A DNA stretch of 64,000 nt from Octopus vulgaris (Eukaryota), in NCBI GenBank assembly GCA_951406725.2, contig OX597814.1, forward strand, positions 175,894,001 through 175,958,000. The letters are read 5' to 3'. Positions 54,700 through 64,000 of this stretch are shown one piece after another (position 1 is the first letter of the stretch; each line of letters begins with the position of its first letter). The notes below the pieces were generated by a model. It worked only from the letters and a program-made list of their open reading frames with translations. It was not told where the DNA came from and did not search any database. The position numbers and the translations under genes are program-made.

Positions 54700-57130
54700 A
54701 CGTTTGCTATGATATTTCCTGCATTGTGATATGGTCTGTATAATCTGATCTGGGCTCAATTAGGGAAAAGCAGTGTTCTCTGATGAGATATTGAAGCTAT
54801 TTCTTGAATTGTTGGTACGTGTTGTGAAATGGCGACTTTTTAAAGTTTATTATTTTTACACTATTAATGCTTTATTGTAGTTAAAAATAATTTGTGTCAG
54901 AGAAATACATTTAAAAGGCTTTCTTTTATATATGAACTGTTGTTATTTTCATGTATTCTGCATAGACCTGTGATATAAAGAAGAGAGATTATAATGATAG
55001 TTTCTTGGGTAGGGATTATAGTTGCCACAATTGCTGCTGTCATTTTCTTTAATGTATGTTTCTGTAGAGATTTAGAAAATGTTGTTTGAATGTATTTCTC
55101 TGAGTATTTTTTCTCTTAGAAGATTCCTAGATAGAGGCCACAATTAATATTGACTTCTTGACTTCTTCAAAATTTGTAGTTGTCCTCGGTGAGAATGAAT
55201 GTCGTTTTTCATTCTTGATTACAGGTGAAATTTTGACTGTTGGGGTAATTATGATTATACATAAAATTTTGAATGTTTCCATACATTCCTCTTTCTATCT
55301 GTGTCCAAGACTGTCAAAGGCGTTTACATATTCTATCTGGGCCACTGAAACATGTTTTTCTTCTGCTGTGACAATAATCAAGAATCATTTTGCTATTTAA
55401 CAGTTGATCCCTACATCGATATGATCCACGTTTACACACTTATTGCCCAACAGGGTAAATACTTTTAATGAGGAAAGCATAAATGCGCTGCATTAGAACT
55501 GACGTAAGAATTTTGTACATTGTTGCATGGCATGTTATGGGTCTGTAGTTCTTAGGGATATTTGTTTCATATTTGGTGGGTTGGAGGAATACGTGATACC
55601 ACTGGCCAGCCATTCCGGAGTAATTTGCTTTTACTTCATAACTATGCTGTAACAGTAAGTTAGTATTGTATGGGAATTTGTGAAGCCATTACAGCGAATA
55701 TTTTGGAATTTTAAATCTTACCAAAGGACTTTCATTTGCTGGACTTTTCCAAAGTAAATCTGACATCTTCAACAGTGATCTCTTCCCATATTTGCTCTTC
55801 TATAAGTTCAGTGACTCGATATCTTTTTAATCATGGAGATTCACAGTTATGATCCTTAGCATCTAACCAAACTTTACTCCAGAACTCAAGTATTTCTTGC
55901 ACCGAGGGATTCCTATTTTGATTGCGCTCTTTCCAACAAGTTCTTTGAGTTACTTTTGAACACGTTATTGTCTTTGAAGAATCTGGATAGTTTTCCAATG
56001 CGGAGTATACGCGCAGCTTCGCCCTTCATTCATTGTTTTATTTTTTTCCATTACTTCAGCAAACTGGTGTTCAGATTTTAAATTAATATTTTCCCATCAT
56101 CTTTCTGTACTTAAATGACTTTAATTTCTGAGTATTTCTATGCCAGATCGCAGAGATTCGATTTGCTTCTTGACTTTTTTTTTTTTTTGGCTATTTTATT
56201 TTTCAGTTTTAATCCAGATATTTTTGTGCATACAGTAGTAGTGTTCAAAATATGTGATGTCCAGTTCATTCTGGTTTATAATGATCTCAGGGACTATATT
56301 CACCTGACAAATTGTTTGCCATATCTTTACTGTTGCAAATCATATGAAGGTCATTGTGTTCCTTCATGGACTTTGATTCATTCAGCGATTATTTGTTCTC
56401 AAATTGCTGTCAGCTCACATGTTCTGGTATCAACATTATTCATTTCAGATAAACTCTTGGTAATTTTATTAGCATGTTCCTCCACAAAGGTTTGCTCTCA
56501 GGGCGTGTATGTAAGTTGTTCCTTATTGCGTATGTCACGTTATTTACTTCTTCCTTTGATTCTGACATCATGGTTTTGTCTGTTGATTTGTGAGTTATAT
56601 TTACTGGGTGGTTTCTCAAATCTGATTCTACATTTTCTTTTATTTGATCAATTTCAATATCGGTCGGTAGTTCCCGTTTTATAATATTTCTTCTAATAAT
56701 GTTGAGATTCTTTTCTCTCCAAATTCGGTATATTTGCTCTCAGTGCTTGAAATTGCTGATGTATAATACGTGGAAATAAAATAGGCCTCAATAACCTGTT
56801 TATTATCTTCTTTGGAGAGTAGATGAGTCTTGATTCGAATGGTACCTGCTGGTGTTAGAGATTGAGGGCTCTCAAGGATTTGTACCGTTGGGGAAGACTT
56901 CCAGCCTCGTGTTGGTGGGAAGGGTTAGAACCAGTAGTAAACTTTTCGTCTTCTCAGTGGCTTTTCTCCTGATGACTTGGCACTTGTTGACCCTGGAGAT
57001 CATGGGTGTGCGAGTGAGGTCCCACAAAGACCGGTATTCTTATTGAGACACCATTTCTAGATATGCTGTTCGTCGTGGCTCAAAGAAACCTGTCTATAGC
57101 TGGAGCCCACTGTGATCGTCAGCTTGTAAG
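54700..57130 (-). mobile_element. R4/Dong-like non-LTR retrotransposon, degenerate (5' region + RT)
   Basis: Minus-strand motifs EFWSKVW, PEWLASGIT, PKNYRPITCHATMYKILTS, IEYVNAFDSLGH and YLGI, with many stops and frameshifts. Confidence 0.8.
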
Positions 57131-57174
57131 TTGCTTCTTGAGGTTTTTATATCAGACTTCCTGTGCACATAGCT

Positions 57175-57325
57175 TACGGCGGGCTTCTTTTAGCTTCCAT
57201 CTACCAAATCCACTCACAAGGTTTTAGTCGGCCCTGGGGTTATTGTAGAAGATATTTGCCCAATATCTGAGCCTGCTGCGCGTGGTTGAGAAACAAACTT
57301 CTTACCACACATCCACGCCTGTGCC
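57175..57325 (-). mobile_element. SINE B, 5' part
   Basis: CTACCAAATCCACTCACAAGG...CTTACCACAC. Confidence 0.75.
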
Positions 57326-57327
57326 TA

Positions 57328-57541
57328 TAACAACAACAACAACAACAGCAATAATAGCAACAACAAAAACAGCAGCAACAACAACAACAACAACAATAAT
57401 ATTAATAATAATAATAATAACATTAATAATATTAATAACAATAATAATACTAATATTAATAATATTAATAACAATAATAATAATAATATTAATAATATTA
57501 ATAACAATAATAATAATAATAATAATAATAATATTAATAAC

Positions 57542-57575
<34 letters not shown>
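57328..57575. repeat. (AAC)n/(AAT)n microsatellite
   Basis: Directly visible. Confidence 0.95.
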
Positions 57576-58745
57576 GGGAACACTGGGGATGTTTATATGT
57601 GTGAGCGGTAAAACACTGCTCTGAGATCTATCCAAAAATATCGGGAATAAAGTCAAAAAATGGACCCTAAAATAACTGACAAAGTGTTGGACTATATCCG
57701 AGTAAGTAATATCATAAGCACTGAGACTGTAAAACACGATGACATACGTGACATGTCTAACAAAAACGAAGTAAACAACGAAAGACAGCAAACCCAGACC
57801 GTAGGAGTGTATAATGATGAGAAAAATGCACCAAACCAGAACACCACAGACAAAAATATGAACGGGGGGGAATGGATGGAATTACTCCGTCGGTTACGAC
57901 GATGAGGGTTCCGGTTGATCCGAATCAACGGAACAGCCTGCTCGTGAAATTAACGTGTAAGTGGCTGAGCACTCCACAGACACGTGCACTCTTAACGTAG
58001 TTCTCGGGGATATTCAGCGTGACACGAAATACAGGTACAACAGAAACAGGAAGTAAGAGTGAGAGAAAGTTGTGGTGAAAGAGTACAGCAGGGATCACCA
58101 CCATCCCCTGCCGGAGCCTCGAGGAGCTTTTAGGTGTTTTCGCTCAATAAACACTCACAACGCCCGGTCTGGGAATCGAAACCGCGATCCTATGACCGCG
58201 AGTCCGCTGCCCTAACCACTGGGCCATTGCGCCTCCTACGGGGGGGGGGGGATATGAACAGGAGGGAAACCTAGAAACAGTGAAGGTGAAAGTAATGATT
58301 ATTATACTCTAAAAATGAGCATAATCAAAGAATCGAAAGCCACAGATCTCAGTATGCACCACCGACTGTACTTCTCAAAAATTAAAATTGATAATAAAAC
58401 AACATCAATAATAAATAGCATGAACCTGGCTGTGGAAGAATTTTGGAAAGAAATATGGTCGGCGAAGGACAACCTCAGAAAACAACGAACGCAGAAACCT
58501 GAGCAACTTTGGACCCCTATAACAATTGAAGAGGTCAACCAGGCACTACAAAAACTAATCACTTGGAAGGCACCCGAGCACGACAAGATCCCCAACTTCA
58601 GGTTAAAATATCTCGCAGTAACACATAAAAAGCTGCCTGAGAAAAATTTTTATTTGAATTGAAACCTATGTTAAGTTGTTATTGCCTACTTTCAAGTAAG
58701 GAATAACTGGTAATTAAAAACTATCCGAGAGTCTTTCAGAATACC
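57576..58745 (+). mobile_element. R4/Dong-like fragment between (AAT)n tracts, interrupted by SINE C
   Basis: ORF 58315-58662 reads EEFWKEIWS...ITIEEVNQALQKLITWKAPEHDKIPNFRLKYLAVTH (pre-RT WKAPGxDxIxNFWLK motif). Confidence 0.8.
57873..58236 (-). mobile_element. tRNA-derived SINE family C, full length
   Basis: Minus strand has A-box GGAGGCGCAATGGCCCAGTGGTTAGGGC and B-box GGTTTCGATTCCC, with a short TCCA tail. Imperfect 17-bp TSD at 57856-57872 and 58252-58268. Confidence 0.9.
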
Positions 58746-58809
58746 AATGATGATGATGATGATGATGATAACGATGACGATGACGATGACGACGACGACG
58801 ACGACGACA

Positions 58810-58844
<35 letters not shown>

Positions 58845-58845
<1 letters not shown>

Positions 58846-59570
58846 CTTTTCTACTCTAGGCACAAGGCCCGAAATTTGGGGGGAGGGGGCCAGTCGATTA
58901 GATCGACCCCAGTGTACAACTGGTATTTAATTTATCGACCCCGAAAGGATGAAAGGCAAAGTCGACCTCGGCGGAGTTCGAACTCAGAACGTAAAGACAG
59001 ACGACACTGCTTAGGATTTCGCCCGGCGTGCAAACGTTTAATAATAATAATCCTTTCTACTATAGGCACACGACCTGAAATTCTTAGGGGAAGGGGACTA
59101 GTAAGTTACATCGACTCCAGTACTCAACTGGTACTTATTTCATCGACCCCCGAAGGATGAAGAGCAAAGTCAACCTCAGCTGAATTTGAACCCAGGAGGT
59201 GAAGACGGACTAAATGCCGCTCAGTGTTTTGTTTGGCATGCTAACAATTCTGCCAGCTCACCGCCTTGATGATGTCGATGATGATGATGATGATGACGAT
59301 GAGGATGATGATGATGATGATGATAAAAATTAGTCTGCTGGCTGTGGGCAGCTGACACGTTCCACCATACCCAGCAAAATAAGCTGTGAGTTTTCATATG
59401 ATAATAATAATGATGATGATGATGATGATGAGAATGATGGTGATGATGGTGATGGTGATCTTATGCGCACAAGGCACGAAATTTTGGGGAAGAAGCTATT
59501 CGGTTACATCAACCAAATTTCTCAACTGCTACTTCTTTTATCGACCTCCAAAAGGATAAAAGCAAAGTGG
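58845..59570 (-). mobile_element. Stacked SINE A copies separated by (AAT)n/(GAT)n
   Basis: Copies at about 58845-59035 and 59052-59268, plus a fragment at 59465-59570. Confidence 0.88.
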
Positions 59571-59610
59571 CTTAATTCTTGTTCATATGGATGTGTATAT
59601 GTATGTATAA

Positions 59611-59614
<4 letters not shown>

Positions 59615-59693
<79 letters not shown>

Positions 59694-59696
59694 GAG

Positions 59697-59739
<43 letters not shown>

Positions 59740-59820
59740 ATACACACATGCATACACATAGAAGCATACATACATGCATGCATACATACATACATACATA
59801 CATATACATGCATACATACA

Positions 59821-59897
<77 letters not shown>
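59615..59897. repeat. (TA)n/(TACA)n microsatellite
   Basis: Directly visible. Confidence 0.95.
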
Positions 59898-59899
<2 letters not shown>

Positions 59900-61045
59900 C
59901 AAATAAATAAACAACTCAAATAAAAAAAAGCGAAAGAAACGAACGTGAGAACGTGCACAAGAAATATAGTATTTTTGACTCTCGGTTTGAGAGGAGAGGG
60001 TTTGAGGTTTCGAGCATAGTTCTTCGTCGGAAAGGAAAACGTCCAAAGACGAAGAAGAAATTGCCATCGGCACACGTATAGTCACATTGCTGTATGTATA
60101 CTTATGTATGTGTATATTATATATAACCGTGTGCATGTGTGCGTGCGAGCATTTGTGTATGTGTGTGTCTGTGTGTATGTGTGTGTGTGTAATGTGGCAT
60201 ATAATTAATATATGTCGGATTTGTCGTCCAGCATATATTCATTACTGTATCCCACTTTAATTTGTCCGGCAAATTAAGTAACACCTAACAACCTGCATTA
60301 TTGTAAATCCATACTCCAACAGAATTTCATATGTCTAAATTAATAGTTTAGTCAAACAAGCAAAAATCGGCAAGACTTTGACTCTATCGCTTTAGAGAAA
60401 CGTGTAAAACAGAGCGACTAGATTACTTTTATTACACGTCCATCGATTGGTCTTTGTTTAGACACACGTTATTACTGTTGTTTTTGTTGTTGTTGTTGCT
60501 GCTGCTGCTGTTGTCTTCTTGCTAGTGTTGTTCTTAATTTTAGTGTGGTGGTTGTTGCTGTTGTTGTTGTTGTTTTGATATTATTGCTGTTATCGACTGA
60601 CTATGCTCAATGAGTGAACAAACAGGTTTATAGATCGACAGAGAATATACAATTGTGTTTGCGCTTGTGTGTGAGAGAGAGTGTGTGTGTGTGTGTGAGT
60701 GCGTGTGTATGTGTGTGTACATGTGTGTATGTGTGTGTATGCATACGTGCGTGTGTTGAGTATACCTGCATACACATACATATTCACACATATTACTCAA
60801 ATATTTAACTCATACGTATTCATATATACATATGGTTATTATTTCTCCGTGAGCGTATGTGTGAGTTTGTGTGTGTGTATGTGTGTGTGTTTGTATGTGT
60901 GTATATGTGAGTGTGTATGTCAGTGTGTATGAAGAGAGTATATGATGGAAGCGTATATGTTTGCATCCATGATTATGGATGTGGAAGATAGGAAAGTATT
61001 AGAAGGTGCACTTTATGAGACATTTCTTAAACTTATATGTATATG

Positions 61046-61085
61046 CAGATAGACAGACAGACAGACAGACACACAGACAGACAGT

Positions 61086-61122
<37 letters not shown>

Positions 61123-61164
61123 GGATGGATGGATGGATGAATGGATAGACAGACAGACAGACAC

Positions 61165-61199
<35 letters not shown>

Positions 61200-61201
61200 G
61201 T

Positions 61202-61250
<49 letters not shown>

Positions 61251-61282
61251 GGACAGAGAGATGCATGGATGGATGGATGGAC

Positions 61283-61330
<48 letters not shown>

Positions 61331-61335
61331 GGATG
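61046..61335. repeat. (GACA)n/(GATA)n/(GATG)n compound tetranucleotide repeat
   Basis: Directly visible; the block order recurs. Confidence 0.95.
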
Positions 61336-61819
61336 GGTTGATAGGCAGAAATGTAGATTGAGATATACATATTACATACATGCATACATACATCCATACA
61401 CCCGTGTAACCGCAAACGCGTTTGCATGTAAGTATACCTGCGCGAACGAATGTATATAACAAATGCATGCTGTGCGGCTTCTTTCTTGAAAAGTGATTGA
61501 ATGTGTTGGATAAGTAACGTGTGGCAAAGCAAGGTGGGACAGATTGAAGTTAATGAGCATCCAATCGTAAATCAGGGACGTGTAATAGCATGGGTTTATG
61601 AATGTGCATGGATGTGCATGTCCGTACGTGATCTTGTGTGTGTGTGTGTGTGCGTGTGTATACATGTGTGATGCTTCATGTGTGATGCTTCACTCTGTAT
61701 ATGTATGTGTGTGTTGTGTGTTGTGTGTGTGCATGGAAAACGAGCAAATGTAATATAACGATGATTATGATTACGATAGCTAGATGGAGAGCGAACACGC
61801 ACTACTCTAGATTATCCAT

Positions 61820-61853
<34 letters not shown>

Positions 61854-61939
61854 CCCTATTTTTCTCTGTCTATCCGTTCCTATCTTTCTAAGACACACAA
61901 CCATAAACACACACACACACGCACAAGTATGTATGTTCA

Positions 61940-62071
<132 letters not shown>

Positions 62072-62110
62072 AATCAAAGTATGCGTGTACAATATATATG
62101 TATGTGTATA

Positions 62111-62270
62111 AGGCGGCAAGCTGGCAGAATCGTTAGCACGCCGGGTCCGTCTTTACATTCTGAGTTCAAATTGTGCCGAGGTCGGCTTTGCCTTTCATTT
62201 TTTTCGAGGTCGATAAAATAAGTGCCAATTGAGCCAAAATACCTAGCCTTGTACCAAAATTTGAAACCAA
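62111..62270 (+). mobile_element. SINE A, internally deleted
   Basis: GGCGGCAAGCTGGCAGAATCGTTAGCACGCCGGG...GAGGTCGGCTTTGCCTTTC. Confidence 0.85.
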
Positions 62271-62387
62271 TAGGCGTGTGCACGCGTGTGTTGCATGCAT
62301 GTATGTATGTATGTATGTATGTATGTATGTATGTATGTATGTATGTATGTATGTATGTATGTATGTATGTATGCTCGCCATGATAGA

Positions 62388-62571
62388 TTGCTAGCCACTA
62401 CACATTCTTTATTTTCTCTCCTTGTTTCTTTCTGTGTTCCTTTCTGTGGAAGAGCGTAGGCTCGAAATGTTAAAGACTTTTTCACTTCCCGAGCATTATA
62501 CTAATACATCTGTTTGTTGTCTACACAACCTGTCTTCGTCTTTTTTTTTTTTTTTTGTGAATTCTTCCCCT
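62388..62571 (+). mobile_element. Repeat with a minimal hammerhead-like motif (same family as 629-790)
   Basis: CTTT-CTGTGGA-A-GAGC-GTAG-GCTC-GAAATGTT-AAAG at 62440-62475. Confidence 0.6.
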
Positions 62572-62889
62572 ATGTATGTAAGAATATGGTTGAAAGTTCC
62601 CTTTGCAATCATGTGGTCCAGAGTTCTATCACTCTACGTGGCTTTTTGGATGGATGTCATTTTCTAGAGTCCCGTGTGGATTGATGATTCGTAGGTAAAA
62701 TATATTAGATGGAAGCTAATATGCAGAAGTCCCCCGCATGGTTTATGCCCGAAGATTGAAATAACAGTTTTATTACATATTGCATTATTTTGATTCTACC
62801 TGTGAACTCCGTTAAGAATACACGTGTCTTTGCGCGTGTGTATACGTTATGCATGATACATAGATGGTCTCTATCTCTGTCTCTCTCTG

Positions 62890-62922
<33 letters not shown>

Positions 62923-62946
62923 GTATATGTGTATGTCTGTGTGTGC

Positions 62947-62992
<46 letters not shown>

Positions 62993-63098
62993 GCATATGG
63001 AGAGAAAAAGGTACATAGAGAGGGGAGGAGGAGAGTGTGTTAGCTATTTAGATAAATACAAGTGTGTGTGTGAGTGTGTGTGAGTGAGTGTGTGTATT

Positions 63099-63137
<39 letters not shown>

Positions 63138-63807
63138 ATGAATTTCTATATATGTATCAAAGTTAGTATGTTTTAAAATGGAAGACAAAAACATGGAAAA
63201 AGAAGAAATTTACCAAAATAAATAAATAATATATACGTATATACAAATATATAAATATATATATATATGTGTGTGTGTGTGTATGTATGTATATATATGT
63301 GTGTGTATTGTTTGTGTGTGTGTGTGTGTATACATACATATATGTATGTATATACACACGAAGGATGTTATAAATGTAAGAGAAACGAAAGCTCAAAAGA
63401 AAGTAACGCATCTTGGTATCGGACCGCAATTTTAAAGACACCGAGTAAGGTGGGAGCGGTATACAGTACACATAGAGATATATATTTATACACATAGTAA
63501 ACAGAATATTGTATATAGTACATGGTTGGTGTCTTAGTTAAAGCTGGCTTTACCGTACTGGACCAAATGCAAAATTTTAACAATATTCCTTTACAGGAAA
63601 GGAAAAAAATTTTGGTGAGTACCCAGTGCAATGAACATTGTGCTTTTTTTAAAAATGTATTTATTTATTTATTTATTTTGTCGAGATAGAGAGAGAAAGT
63701 GAGTGAGGTGATTGAGTAAGTGAGTAAGTGAATGAGTGAGTGAGTGAGTGAGTGAGTGAATAAGTGAGAGTGAGTGAAATATAGAAATAGAGAGAGAGAG
63801 AGAGGAC

Positions 63808-63863
<56 letters not shown>

Positions 63864-64000
63864 CAGAAGATCAATATTTTAAACTGAACGAATGAAGAAA
63901 GTAAGAAATTGAGTGTGTGGTGATTATGTGATTTAGTGTGTAAATGAATGAAAATTGAAGGGATTTCTTAATTAAATGAATGAAAATTGAAGGGACAAAC

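Noticed and set aside
56115-56684. 189-aa hydrophobic plus-strand ORF
   Set aside because: It is the antisense shadow of the A-rich R4/Dong ORF on the minus strand.
58165-58236. tRNA-like sequence
   Set aside because: It continues into a SINE body with tail and TSD and has no proper acceptor stem, so it is a SINE head rather than a tRNA gene.
62668-62694. 27-nt AG...GT-bounded candidate exon
   Set aside because: It lies within a degenerate SINE B-like head (about 62585-62700).
63941-63995. 23-bp direct repeat separated by 9 bp
   Set aside because: Simple local duplication at the window edge with no supporting context.

Overview
AT-rich eukaryotic DNA, intronic or intergenic, and saturated with repeats. 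The tRNA-derived SINE families and the extreme (TA)n/(CA)n/(GATA)n/(TAA)n density point to an octopus (coleoid cephalopod) genome; this is my inference from recalled repeat sequences, not a database search. No complete host gene is visible, and most entries in the ORF track are microsatellite or SINE artefacts. Supported content: more than 25 copies of one tRNA-SINE (family A), including head-to-tail multimers with a recurrent precise junction and 15-18 bp target-site duplications (TSDs); about 11 copies of a CORE-like SINE with a built-in microsatellite (family B); other tRNA-SINEs; R4/Dong-type restriction-like-endonuclease (RLE) retrotransposon remnants in (TAA)n tracts with a probable non-autonomous derivative; two RTE-group 3' fragments; APE and RT LINE relics; a Tc1 IR/DR DD34E element; an internally deleted mariner-type element; MITEs; non-autonomous Helitrons; and Penelope-type minimal hammerhead-like motifs. 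The best leads are the multimeric SINE, the TAA-targeted retroposon set, the hammerhead-like motifs, a long foldback, and a few weak candidate small exons. Nothing here demonstrates a new biological system; these leads are hypotheses. Boundaries of degenerate repeats are approximate.
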